From positions 388,478-452,477 of the forward strand of contig CAXHJY010001609.1 of NCBI GenBank assembly GCA_964016885.1: a stretch of 64,000 nt of DNA. Direction: 5' to 3'. This DNA is from Eledone cirrhosa. Its lineage: Eukaryota. The translations under genes were made by a program, and so were the position numbers. The notes under the pieces are model-generated. The model ran no database searches. It saw only the letters and a list, made by a program, of their open reading frames with translations, and was not told the origin of the DNA. Each line of letters starts with the position of its first letter. The first letter of the stretch is position 1. Of the stretch, positions 25,893 through 40,512 are shown piece after piece.

Positions 25893-26474
25893 CCTTCCAG
25901 AACCAACCGTGATATAGAGAGACCATAAAGACAACCGTTGTTTTCATAGTTTAAGCCTTAAAATACCTCTCATACATGCTTTAAGTACATATAAACTCAT
26001 TAATACACACTTTTGTATTTAAACACCAAAAACAGCCAGTAACGATCGTATAGAAACTACCACCAACTATCATACCACTAGTTACCAATGAGGACTATTG
26101 CCAGCCACGGTAGCCACTTGGTAATACACTGCACATCTCCCGTCAATATATGAAGGGTTTGTAGTAGATTAGAGCAAAACACAATCAGTAAAACAATAAT
26201 GGAATGAAAAATATAAACATTTGTTCATAATTAAAGCCTTAAGATGTCCCTTCCTTACGATATACACTTTAATAACATTGAAACTTATTTAATAAGTTTA
26301 AATTTTAAACACTTTTATTCAGACGTACCGCGATAAGAAACTAGATATGTTCTAACGAATAATCCGCGATGTGGCGAGGATTACCGCGATAGGAAATTAA
26401 ATACGTTCCAAAGAAATATCCGCGATGTAACGGGACCGCGAAAAGTGAACCGCGATATAGCGGGGGATTACTGT
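25893..26474. mobile_element. Tigger/pogo-like non-autonomous element with one TIR retained
   Basis: Ends in gtgaaccgcgatatagcgggggattactg|TA with repeated ccgcgat subterminal motifs. Confidence 0.6.
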
Positions 26475-26599
26475 ATATATACACACACAACATACTTCTA
26501 TCTATATACACTCATAACATATATTTCGATTTTTTTACATTAAAATGTTGACTGAGGGTGACAACTGTTTCTTGTTTGAGGTTGTTCCAGTGGTTGAAA

Positions 26600-27159
26600 T
26601 ATAGACGGAGGTAATTAAATAATGAAGACAGTCATGATAACAATATATTTTATATCACATGTAACAGTGGAATCTGGTTAATTACTGGATCGTTGTAGGG
26701 TTCACATAATTATATTATTTACACACATTAATATAGACATTAAGTAAATCTTTGTCAACTTACCTCCTTCAGATATAATCAATGTGTTGTGTTATTAGTT
26801 GTTACTAAACAACCAAAGAAATAATCTCTTTGTTATCAAATTAGAAGTTTCAATGTTATCAGCTTTATTTCACATTAACGTTGGTGTATCTTCTTCATCT
26901 TTAGTCATAAATTGATATCTTGTCAGAATGAAGTAGTGAGGCTGACTTTATGTCTTTAGCTACAGATTTGCTAGGAAATATATATTTATTAGGTTGATAT
27001 GTGGTCTAAAATATATATATTGTCTATAAATGACTGATAGCAGATGTTCTGGTGAAATAGTAGTTTTACTACTACAGATTGTAATGGAACTCTTAGTAGA
27101 CACAATTGTAAAGTAAGAATAGATATGACAGTGTAAGACTGATGTCGGGGAATTAAAAT

Positions 27160-27193
<34 letters not shown>

Positions 27194-27430
27194 ATTGTTA
27201 CACAAGATATAATTAGATTAAGAAGACAGCAGGTACTCGATGTCGTTGGAAATGATTTAACTCCCTTACCGGTGTCATTAGTTAAAAGTCCCTGATATAA
27301 TTTAATACATCCAGACAGTTCCAATCGTATTTAATCGATAGTAAATGAAAAGGTATCACTCAGTAAAATATCAATTATATATCTACGTAGCATCTGTAAC
27401 TGCTAGAAATAGCAGTGAAATTATCCATTA
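26600..27430 (-). promoter_or_regulatory. Conserved upstream module of the ZNF genes (candidate 5' UTR exons); paralogs at 39040-39900 and 53500-54340
   Basis: Three copies, one upstream of each ZNF gene; minus-strand AG|GTAAGT donor at 26763 (39202 and 53663 in the paralogs); no TE hallmark seen. Confidence 0.55.
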
Positions 27431-28059
27431 CAGACTTTTCTTTCTTTAAACTCTTACGTTTAGAAGATGTTTGTGTTGAGAATGTGTGTATTTGTGTATT
27501 GTATGACGGAAGTCACCATTGAAGATGTTAAAAGAAATGTTGTGGAAAATAGCATCGTACGACTTTGTAATTGTTTATATATAATTTATTTACAGATTAG
27601 AAAGGTTAGAAGAATGTCTCTTGAGAGGATAGTTAATGTTATCAATAAAAAGATTATAAAGATTTAAAGACGTACGGTCAACTGGTTGAGGCGTTAGCTA
27701 GACCTGTAGTGATATCTGTTGCTACATATTGTCTATGCTTGAGGAACGAAAGCAAGAGATGTTTACCTTCACGGTGTCGAGCTGCAAGAGAGAGTGTTTC
27801 GAATCTCTGCGGGATTTTTTCCCTCTGGGCGGAGGTCGAGATACATTTTCCTACGCTGGTAACGATTGGCTGAACTGAGCCAAACAACGCACAGAGAATG
27901 TATCCATGAGCCCTCGGAATGTAGGTCACTATAATACCCTCTATTTAGTCTGCAAGACGATATATAAGATTGAATCAGCAGGAAAAAGGCTTAAAGAGAG
28001 GACATCAATGAATATATATGTATATATATATGTATGTATATATTATATATATATATATA

Positions 28060-28939
28060 CAGGTGTGGACGATATTTGGTCGCAATTTTCAACTGCTAAT
28101 TTTATGCAAATTTTTTTTACTTCCGTTGTCACTCTTGTCCTCATAAAAACAGTGACTATATTTCCATTATTTATTTTCAGAATAATTGATTATGAATAAT
28201 TTTGAACCTCCAAATTTGTGGAAGAGATATGGAGTTCTTCTTGGAAACAGCGCCGGGAGGACAAATAAGACCAGTAGATTAACTCCCAGAACAACAGGTG
28301 GCTCGCTGTCTCATCCAAAGACGTGCCCAGAGTCATGCAGATAAAGTTTCCAGCGACAACATTGGTCTTAGGTGTCGTCACCAGTCAAGGTGACGTAATG
28401 CCACCTGACTGCTTCCCTGAGGGTCTCAAGCTGAACACCGATGGCTAAATTCGCGTTCTGAGCGAGGTAGTAAAGCCCTGGATCGACCAGGTAGCTGCAG
28501 GTAGGCCGTACATGTGGCACCAAGACTCAGCGCCCTGCCATACCAGCCGAAAGGTCCAAGCCTGGCTGTCAGAGAACTTCGTCGACCTCACCTCCCCTGA
28601 CATTTGGCCTCCCAGCTAGCCTGATTGCAATCCTCTCGACTTGTTTGTGTGGGGCACAGTGGAACAAGACACCAACAGATCCAGCTGCAATACGAAAGAC
28701 GATCTGAAGTCCAGGATCACAAGTGCCTTTAGGGGCCTAAGTCAGGGGACACTGACGAAGGCCTGTAGCCGGTTTAGAGGCTGTCATCAAAGCCAATGGC
28801 AGGGTTATCGAGTGAGATTGAAAGAACAAGTCATGAAAACAATCTGACCCAAGTTTGATAAATAAATCTTAAAAAACAAAACTACTGTGTTATTCTTTCC
28901 TAGACAGTAATCTTGCGAATAATTATCGTCCGCACCCTG
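28060..28939 (+). mobile_element. Tc1/mariner DD37D (maT/mori-type) transposon remnant
   Basis: TA-flanked imperfect TIRs caggtgtggacgata / tatcgtccgcaccctg; QDSAPCH...WPPS*PDCNPLD with 37 residues between the last two Asp. Confidence 0.82.
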
Positions 28940-28990
28940 TATGTATACATATATAATATATGATATATAATATATATATATGTATATATA

Positions 28991-30471
28991 AAAAGGGGAT
29001 GATCTGGAGAGGAGCAATTATAGGGGTATAAAACTGATGGATCGGGTTATGAAAGTGGCAGAAAGGATATTAGCACAACTAATTAGAGAAAGGGTCAAAC
29101 TAGATGAGATGCAGTTTGGTTTTGTGCCTGGGAAGAGTACAACAGATGCCTTCTTCTTGGTGAGACAATTGCAAGAGAGGTTCTTAGAGAAGAATAAGTC
29201 ACTATACATAGCCTTTGTTGACCTAGAGAAGGCCTTTGATAGGGTTCCCCGATCTGTAATCTGGTGGTCCCTAAGGAAACTAGGTGTTGAGGAATGGCTT
29301 GTGAGGACAGTGCAAACTATGTACAGAGGTGTTGTCAGTAAAGTCAGGGTAGGAATGGAGTTTAATCTGGAATTCCAGATACAAGTAGGAGTACATGAAG
29401 GTTCAGTCCTCAGCCTGCTCTTGTTCATTATAGTCCTCCAAGCCATAACAGAGGAGTTTAAGACTGGCTGTCCATGGGAACTTCTCTATGCTGACGATCT
29501 GGTTCTTATAGCAGAATCAGTAGAGGAGTTAGAGAATAAATTCTGGCTATGGAAACAGCAGTTGGAAGCAAGAGGACTGAGAGTGAACCTAGCTAATACA
29601 AAAGTGTTGAGAAGAAAAGAGGACAAAACTCTGATTCCGTCAGGGAAATGGCCATGTTCGATATGCAGAAAAGAACTGGCATAAATTCTATAAAATGCAC
29701 ACAATGCAGATCCTGGGTACACAAGAGATGTAGCGGGTTAGCAGGCAAACTAACAGGTAGGGAGAAATATGTATGCAGTAGATGGACAGGGAAATTAGAC
29801 AGTAGAAGTCGCATTGATAGACACATTTTTCAAATGCAGCAGGGCACTATAGAAGTGGTGGATAGCTTCCGGTACCTAGGAGATCAGATTAGCATGGGAT
29901 GAGGGTGTTCCGAGGTCATAGTGTCGAGAATAAGGATGGGTTGGAAGAAGTTTAGGGAGCTGCTTCCTCTGCTGACAAAGAAGGGTTTCCCCCTGCGTAC
30001 GAAAGGCTGGTTGTATGATGCCTGTGTGAGGAGCACGATGCTGCATGGTAGTGAGACATGGGCAGCAACTGCAGAGGATATGTGACGGCTGGAGAGAAAT
30101 GAGGCAAGCATGCTCCGTTGGATGTGCAGTGTAAATGTGCTTGAACAACCCAGCATAAATCTGTTGAGAGAGAAACTGTATTTGAGAGGGATAGAGTGTA
30201 GTGTACGGGAGAGGAGACTGAGGTGGTATGGACATGTGATGCGCATGGAGGATGACCGATGGGTGAAGAAGTGACAGAAAATGCCAGTTGAATGAAGACC
30301 TGGTAGAGGTAGACCACGAAAAACATGGGCGGAGGTGGTGAGAACAGACCTCAGATGATTGAAGCTCACGGTGGAGATGACGAAGGACCGTGCCGAGTGG
30401 AGAGATGCTGTGCTGAATAAGACCTGTCCCACCCTTGCAAGCAGGGAAAAGCGGACGTAAAATGATGATGA

Positions 30472-30475
<4 letters not shown>
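28991..30475 (+). mobile_element. 5'-truncated RTE LINE, short-3'-UTR subfamily
   Basis: ORF 29037-29684 RT (FVDLEKAFDRV, LLYADD); tail cccttgcaagcagggaaaagcggacgtaaaat(gat)n. Confidence 0.9.
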
Positions 30476-30515
<40 letters not shown>

Positions 30516-30867
30516 TCATCATCACTGTTTTACGTCCGTTCTTCTATGCTAGCATGGGTTAGACGGGTTGTCCTGTTGTGGGCAGTGTCCGGTTGGCTGA
30601 CCTTGTCTTGCACATACGGGAACTGCTTCTGCTTTGATTTCTACAGCTGGATGTCCTTCCTAACACCAACCTTATTTACACTGAGAGCTGGCTACTTTTC
30701 TTCCGTGGTGCCTTCATGTCCACTTTATAGTGTGGCTTGATATATATATAATATATATATATTATATATAATATATATATATAACATATATATATATAAT
30801 ATAATATATATATATCATTTAATATATATAACATAAATATATATATAATATAATATAATATATATAT

Positions 30868-31452
30868 CTGAGAGACAGACTGAGCATCAGAGGAATCAAA
30901 TGCTGTGTGCAGGAGAGGCGGTTGCATTGGTATGGACATGTGATGCGTATGAAGGATGACAGCTGCATAAAAAGGTGCAGAGCACTAGAAGTCGATGGAT
31001 GCCGCGGAGTGGGGAGACCCAAGATGACCTGGGATGAGGAGATAAAAGCCGACCTTACCCAATTACACCTCTCAAAGGCGATGACACACGACCGTGACCT
31101 CTGGAATCACGCAGTAATACAGAGTACCTGACCTCCCATGGGTACAAGCTGAAGCATATAGACAATATGCCCCCACACTTCCCACTGCAAGGTGGTCGTG
31201 GAGGTGCCACGGCAAAAAAGCACCCAGCCCACACTGTAAAGTGGACGTGTAGGCGCCACGAAAAAGCACCCAGCACTCACTGTAAATGAGGTTGGTGTTA
31301 GGAGGGCATCCAGCTGTAGAAATCACGCCAAATCAGTTCCTTTATGAGCAAGGAATGGTCAGCCGACCAGACACTGCCCAGAACAGGACAACGCGTCTAA
31401 CCCATGCTAGCCTGGAAGAACGGATGTAAAGCAGTGATGAGGATGATGATGA
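30868..31452 (+). mobile_element. RTE LINE 3' fragment (absent from duplicate unit B)
   Basis: QERRLHWYGHVMRM...GRPKMTWDE, 3' UTR and (gat)n. Confidence 0.8.
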
Positions 31453-31454
31453 TA

Positions 31455-31623
31455 TATAAAATAGAGAATGCCTAAAACTGAAGAAACACCCAACCGATTG
31501 TCTTCAAACTTTACACATGTAATACTTATGGTCCTGTGAGTGTTTTGAGGAGAAAAATTTCAAATTTTCAATGCCCTAGGGACCGCATTAGGCGATTTAG
31601 CGATCTCCGGGCCATTCTGCTAG
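31455..31623 (+). mobile_element. Short non-autonomous Helitron-like element (paralog at ~43160-43331)
   Basis: Starts atataaaatagagaatg, ends ccgggccattctgCTAG|T, resembling the terminus at 54743. Confidence 0.5.
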
Positions 31624-31642
31624 TAATATATATATAATATAT

Positions 31643-31852
31643 ATGGCTTAGTGGTTAGAGCATTGGGCTTGTAATTGAAAGGTTGTGAGTTCAATTCTCG
31701 GACCGGGTGATGTGTTATGTCCTTGAGCAAGACACTTTATTTCACGTTGCTCCTTCTACCTGGAGTTGTGACCAATAGATAGTATTAGCAATTGGAAAGA
31801 CCGATGGAAACATTGTTTCTTCAGTCCAATTTGACGAAAGTCGATCGACTGA
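31643..31852 (+). mobile_element. tRNA-SINE (paralog at 43349-43558; same family as 48761-48970)
   Basis: A/B boxes, ccttgagcaagacacttt and a shared 3' body. Confidence 0.75.
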
Positions 31853-32024
31853 CAATATATATATATATATTATACATATATATATATGTGTCACTTGCTG
31901 GATCTGCTAGAAGGACCCAGATAATATGAGATGTTCTCCCGGCTGTATCATATACTGCAAATCTATGCAGATGTATACACATATATACACAAACACATAA
32001 AGATACACATGTAATTATACACAC

Positions 32025-32548
32025 ATAGAAGTGGTTGATAGCTTCTGTGACTTAATTAGCAGTGGAGGATGACTGTATAACACCTGCCAATAAAATATGA
32101 TGCTGCATGGTAGTGAAACAAGGGCTGTGACAACAGAAAAAAGTGTAGATTGGAGAGAAATGAAGCAACCATGCTTCATTGGATGTGCCATTTAAGTGTG
32201 AGAGAAAGGTAGAGCTTGGGTAAGTTGCGGGAGAAGCTGGGTTTAAGAGGGATCTTAAGAGATGTGTAAGAGAGAAGACTGCATTGGTACGGACATGTGA
32301 TACACATGGATAATGTCAGCTGAGTGAAGAAGTGCCAGGACATCCCAGTGAAAGGAAACCATAGTAGAGGTAGACGAAGAAAGACCTGGACAGAGGCTGT
32401 GTGAACTGACTTCAAATGACTGACTCTCACAGAGGAGATGACAAAGGAACACGACAAGTTCAAAGATGCCATGTTGAGAAGGACGTGTCCAACCCAAGGA
32501 AGCATGGAAAAACGAACATAAAAACAGTGATGATGTTGATGAAGATGA
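32025..32548 (+). mobile_element. Old RTE 3' fragment (paralog at ~43737-44260)
   Basis: Decayed MLHGSET...RLHWYGHV...TWTE and tail. Confidence 0.7.
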
Positions 32549-32600
32549 CGTACATGTACACACATACATAATAAATAAATCAAATACAGATATGCACAGT

Positions 32601-32938
32601 GGAGGCACATGGCTTAGTGGTTAGAGCATTGGCCTTGCAATCGAAAGGTTGTGAGTTCAATTCTCAGACCGTGTGATGTGTTGTTTCCTTGAGCAAGACA
32701 CTTTATTTCACATTGCTCCAGTTTACTCAGCTGTAGAAATGAGATGATAGGGACTGGGGTTCATATCATTCCACTGCAAAGTGGTCGTGGAGGTGCCACG
32801 GCAAAAAAGCACCCAGCACTCTCTGTAAATGAGGTTGGTGTTAGGAAGGGCATCAAGCTGTAGAAATCAAGCCAGAATCAGTTCAGTCCGACCTTCAAGC
32901 AGGGAAAAGTGGACGTTAAATGATGATGATGATGATGA
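32601..32938 (+). mobile_element. tRNA-SINE head joined to RTE-type 3' modules and (GAT)n tail (paralog at 44313-44648)
   Basis: A/B boxes, then ggttggtgttaggaagggcatc...gggaaaagtggacgttaaat(gat)n. Confidence 0.7.
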
Positions 32939-33894
32939 TATGCACATACTTATATACAAACATATACATGGACACAAATTTCTACACACATACATTCACA
33001 TATATATAGCATATGTCAATTCTGAACAATACAGTTTTGTCAGCACAAGTCTTGGTTAAAACTTCTACAAATGAAATGAAAGGAGAATAATTTCTTAGTG
33101 AAACAGTTTTATTCAAGATATTAACAACATTGGTGGCACTATTTTGGGTGAGTGACATGGTTTTTATCTTGTCTGATTGTGTTTGTGTTGCATCAAGTAA
33201 CCTTTACAAGAGAATTATTTACCACAGACACCACAGTGATATGGTTCCTCTCCTGTATATGTTAGTGTGTAGTGAAGCCACAACATTTAGAGAAGGATTT
33301 ACCACAGTGATATAGTTCCTCTACTGTATATGTTAGTGTGTAGGGAAGCCACAACATTTAGAGAAGGATTTACCACAGACATCACAGTGATATAGTTCCT
33401 CTCCTGTATGTTAGTGTGTAGTGAAACCACAACATTTAGAGAATGATTTACCACAGACATCACAGTGATATAGTTCCTCTCCTATATGTTAGTGTTTAGT
33501 GAAACCAAAATTAGAAAATGATTTACATGGGTGGAGGTGGCGAGAGCAGACGTTTTAAGCTCACGGTGGAGATGACGAAGGACCGTGACAAGTGGAAAGA
33601 TGCTGTGTTGAATAGGACCCATCCCACCCTTGCAAGCAGGGAAAAGCGGACGTAAAATGATGATGATGATGATATGGTTTCCCTCATCTATGCATATATT
33701 TAGTTAAATAGCTTCATTAAAAGATATATTTTCCAAACATATCAAAGTGATATGGCTTCCCACCTGTATATGTTTGTATGAAGTTAATGTAGCAGTGAAA
33801 GAGAATGATTTACCACAGATATTACACTGATATATATTTGTATTCTCATTAATTCACAATTTTGAGAGGATTTATCACTGATGTCAATGCATTA

Positions 33895-35362
<1,468 letters not shown>

Positions 35363-35894
35363 AATAATTTTATCTCCAACAGAATATACTTGTAATATTT
35401 TTTAGATTATATTCTCTATATTTCCCTCAACTGTGATTTCAGTTAATAGTCTTCAAATGATGATAAATAGAGGTGATGTATCCAAGATTGAAAATAATAA
35501 TTTATCCCAATGTGATCTGGTATTCTGAAATAAGAGAGAAACAGAACGAGATAATACAGAATACTTAAGAAGCAGAGATAGATTTAAGAGTGGAAATTTT
35601 ATATTTCTATATTTGTAAACTGTAGATATCAACTTTCCTGTCCAGAGTAATTCTCTCCAATGCAAACAGTGGTATTCCAGTATGCTCTATAAATGTTATC
35701 CTTCTATCTCTAGAGAGGTCTGCTCTATGGCAGTTTAGTGAAAAATTCATTCTGATATGAATTTCTAACATAGCTATTATCTCCTCTCCTGGTGACATGT
35801 CAACACCAGTTTAACTTCCATCTTTTTATTAGTAGGAGTCAATTGTTCCTCTATATCTTTATCTTACTTCTTTTCCATCTTTCTCTGGGAGAAA

Positions 35895-36745
35895 TCAGCT
35901 GTGTTTAGACCAGGAGTTACGAGTCTATTTGAATCCATACAATATCTGATTTCACTTGAAGTTTTATTCAGATCTCAATTGTGTTCACATGAGAGAGGTG
36001 ATGGGCTCCACCAGGTTTTAAAATATGCCAGAGAAATACTGTATGTCACTTAGAGTACCCTTACGACTCCACCAGTGTTTCATTTGTTTAGGACTATGTC
36101 TGGGTTAGCCAGCCAAGTATGAGTAGAAGGGAAAACAGGGCCCTGATCCCCTCAGAAAAATGGCTTTGCTAAGTGTGCTAGAAAGGTGGAGGTAGAAATT
36201 CCATTCTCTGTCCAAAATACAAACAATGGCTACACAAGAGACGTAGTGGGATCTAAGTATATATATATATATATATATTAAGACAATGTCACTGGACCGA
36301 GATCTTTGGCGCTACTCAGTAATACAGAAGACTCGCCTTGCCTATGTACAAAGCAAAACCTACTGTCAGTAGGCACCTCTTAACTAAATATACACCCCCA
36401 TCCCACTACCCAACCCCACACCCCCATCAACACCTCCCTTTCTCTGTAAAGTTATGTTGGTACCACAACATCCAGTCTTAAATAAATGAGGTCGTGTAGG
36501 TGTCACGACTAAAAAATACACAGTCCACGCTGTAATGTGGCCGTGTCGGTAACATGGTAAAACCTCCCAGTCCACACTGTAAACGTGGTTGGTGTTAGGA
36601 AGGATATCCAGCCATAGAAAACCTGCCATCTAGTCCTATACAAGTGAGACACGGTCACCCGACCAATCTTGCCTCGAGTGGGACAATTCCCGTCTAAACC
36701 CATGCCAGCGTGGAAGGTAGACGTTAAACGATGATGGTGATGATG
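35895..36745 (+). mobile_element. Deleted RTE LINE pieces (PHD region and 3' UTR); paralog at ~48340-49705
   Basis: KVC*KGGGRNSILCPK-like remnant at ~36170; 3' UTR and (gat)n; the 5' part is of uncertain origin. Confidence 0.65.
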
Positions 36746-36799
36746 ACAAGCAATATATATAATCTAAGTAGAATGGTATAATGAAAGCATATAATGTAG

Positions 36800-38226
36800 G
36801 TACAGCAGTATTCTCATAAATTGCTACAAAGGTAAAGGGGATGCTCTAGAGAGGAGCAATTATAGGGGCATAAAGCTGATGGATCAGGTTATGAAAGTGG
36901 CAGAGAGAATATTAGCGCAGCTGATTAGAGAAAAGGTCAATTTAGATGAGATGCAGTTTGGTTTTGTGCCTCGGAAAAGTACAACAGAAGCCCTCTTCTT
37001 AGTGAGGCAACTACAAGAGAGGTTCTTAGAGAAGAATAAGTCTCTATACTTAGCTTTTGTTAGGGTACCCCGATCTGCCATCTGGTGGTCCCTAAGGAAA
37101 TTAGGTGTAGAGGAATGGCTTGTGAGGACAGTGAAAGCTATGTACAGGGGTGCTGTCAGTAAAGTGAGGGTAGGAATGGAGTTTAGTGAGGAATTCCAGA
37201 TACAAGTAGGTGTACATCAAGGTTCGTTCCTCAGCCCACTCTTGTTCATTATAGGCCTCCAAGCCATAAAAGAGGAGTTTAAGACTAGATGCCCATGGGA
37301 ACTTCTCTATGCTGATGAACTGGTTCTTATAGCAGAATCAGGAGAGGAGCTAGAGAATAAATTCTGGCTATGGAAACAGCAGTTGGAATCAAGAGGCCTG
37401 AGAGCGAACATAGCTTAAACAAAAGTGTTGATGAGTAGAAAAGAGGACAAAACTCTGATTCCATCAGGGAAATGGCCATGTTTGATATATAGGAAACGAA
37501 CTGGCATAAATTCCATAAAATGTACGCAATGCAGATGTTGGGTACACAAGAGATGTAGTGGGATAGCAGGCAAACTAACAGGTAGAGATAACTATGTATG
37601 CAGTAGATGTACAGGGAAAGTTGGCAGTAGTAATCACAGTGATAGACACATTTTTCAAATACAGGTGGGTTCTAGAGATGTGGTTGATAGCTTCCGGTAC
37701 CTAGGTGATCAGATTAGCATGGGAGGAGGGGGGGGGGGTTCCGAGGCCATAGTATCTAAAATAAGGACGGGTTGGAAGAAGTTTAGGGAGCTGCTTTCTC
37801 TGTTGACAAAGAAGGGTTTCTCCCAGCATACGAAAGGACGGTTATATGATGCCTGTGTGAGATGTGCGACGCTGCATGGTAGTAAGACATGGGCAGCAAC
37901 TGCAAAGGATATGTGACGGCAGGAGAGAAGCAAGCATGCTCCGTTGGATGTGCAATGTCAATGTGTGTGAACGACCAAGCATAGATGAGTTGAGAAAGAA
38001 ACTGGGTATTAGAGGGATAGGTTGTGGTGTGCAGGAGAGAAGACTGAGATGGTATGGACATGTGACCACTGGGTAAAGAAGTGCCAAATAATCCCAGTAG
38101 TAGGAAGACATGGTAGAGGTAGACCACGTAAAACATGGGCGGAGGTGGTGAGAGAAGACCTCAGATCGTTGAAACTCACCGAGGAGATGCAAGCAGGGAA
38201 AAACAGACGTAAAATGATGATGATGA
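36800..38226 (+). mobile_element. 5'-truncated RTE LINE
   Basis: ORFs 36879-37418 and 37425-37916 (RT, PHD, FRYLG); (gat)n tail. Confidence 0.88.
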
Positions 38227-39603
38227 CATATATATATATATACTAGTATTCAAGATAACATTGTTAGAACTTATTGCAGCCTTGAAGAGATGGTTTCAAC
38301 AAGATTGGGTGATGAAAGTTATAGTTTTTGTAGTAGGATCTCATCACATAAGGTTCCTTCAAAGATTCTTCTAGAGTTACAGAGTCATTTATATATATAT
38401 GTGTGTTTTGAACAATGAAAGTAAAACTAGAGACAAAGATATGTTCTTGATTATTTCATTGCTTTACGATCATTTCAGAGGTATGATTGATCATGGTAGA
38501 TTGATATATTGACAAACAGGTAGTTGTTATGTCACTAACTATTTCTAGTCTCAAAATCCCTGATCAATCACACCGTATCAATATATTGATTTACCATGAT
38601 CAATCAACCCTCTGAAACGATCGCAAAAAGGGAAGCCATACTAGATGGAGATGAAAGTCGATGTGGTGAGAGCTGATCTCAAATTGCTGAGATTCACAGA
38701 TGACGATGGAACAAGCGAGTGGGGAGATGTTGTGCTTAAAAGGACCCACCAACCCATACCACGATTGAAAAACGGACGTAAAACTATGATGATGATGTAG
38801 ATGAAGTAAATTATATCAAAATGGATTTAGACTAAAACAAACAAAACTTCCCTGAAACAACAACAAGGTACAGCTAAATATAAACTATATTTTATAATAT
38901 AAGGTAGTGAACCACATAATTAAATAGACGGAGGTAATTTAGATAATAAATATATCTTTAATTTACTTAAAGCAATAACAAGGTATAGCTAAATATAAAC
39001 TATATTTTATAATGTAAGGTAGTGAACCACATAATTAAATAGACGGAGGTAATTTAAATAATAAAGACAGTCATGATAACAATATATTTTATATCACATG
39101 TAACAGTGGAATCTGGTTAATTACTCGATCGTTGTAGGGGTCACATAATTATATTATTTACACACATTAATATAGACATTAATTAAATCTTTGTCATCTT
39201 ACCTCCTTCACATATAATCAATGAATTGTGTTGTTAGTTGTTACTAAACAACCAAAGAAATAATCTCTTTGTTATCAAATTAGAAGTTTCAATGTTATCA
39301 GCTTTATTTCACGACATTAACGTTGGTGTATCTTCTTCATCTTTAGTCATAAATTGATATCTTGTCAGAATGAAGTAGTGAGGCTGACTTTATGTCTTTA
39401 GCTACAGATTTGATAGGAAATATAAATATATATTAGGTTGATATGTGGTCTAAAATATATATATTGTCTATAATTGACTGATAGCAGATGTTCTGGTGAA
39501 ATAGTTGTTTTACTACTACAGATTGTAATGGAACTCCTAGTAGACACAATTGTAAAGTAAGAATAGATATGACAGTGTAAGACTGATGTCGGGGAATTAA
39601 AAT

Positions 39604-39666
<63 letters not shown>

Positions 39667-40512
39667 GTTACACAAGATATAATTAGATCAAGACAGCAAG
39701 TACTCGATATCGTTGGAAATGATTTAACTCCCTTACCGGTGTCATTAGTTAAAGTCCCTGATATAATTTAATACATTCAGACAGTTCCAATCATATTTAA
39801 TCGATAGTAAATGAAAAGGTGTCACTCAGTAAAATATCAATTATATATCGACGTAGTGTCTCTGACTGCTAGAAATAGCAGTGAAATTATCCATTACAGA
39901 CTTTTCTTTCTTTAAACTCTTACGTTTAGTAGATGTTTGTGTTGAGAATGTGTGTATTTGTGTATTGTATGACGGAAGTCACCATTGAAGATGTTAAAAG
40001 CAATGTTGTGGAAAATAGCATCGTACGTAGACTTTGTGATTGTTTATATATAATTTATTTACAGATTAGAAAGGTTAGAAGAATGTCTCTTGAGAGGATA
40101 GTTAATGTTATCAATAAAAAGGTTATAAAGGTTTAAAGACGTACGGTCAACTGGCTGTGGCGTTAGCCAGACCTGTAGTGATATCTGTTGCTACATATTG
40201 TCTATGCTTGAGGAACGAAAGCAAGAGATGTTTACATTCACGGTGTCGAGCTGCAAGAGAGAGAGTATCGAATCTCTGCGGGAATTTTTCCATCTGGGCA
40301 GAAGTCGAGATACATTTTCCTACGCTGGTAACGATTGGCTGAACTGAGACAAACAACGCACAGAGAATGTATCCATGAGCCTTCGGAATGTAGGTCACTA
40401 CAATACCCCTTATTTAGTTTGCAAGACGATACATAAGATTGAAGCAGCAGGAAAATGGCTTAAAGAGAGGACATCAATGAATATATGTGTGTATATATGA
40501 TATATAAATATA

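Noticed and set aside
26960-27929. Short ORFs repeated in the duplicated units (MFVLRMCV..., MTYIPRAHG...)
   Set aside because: Similarity is explained by recent DNA duplication; no domains, and frames differ between copies
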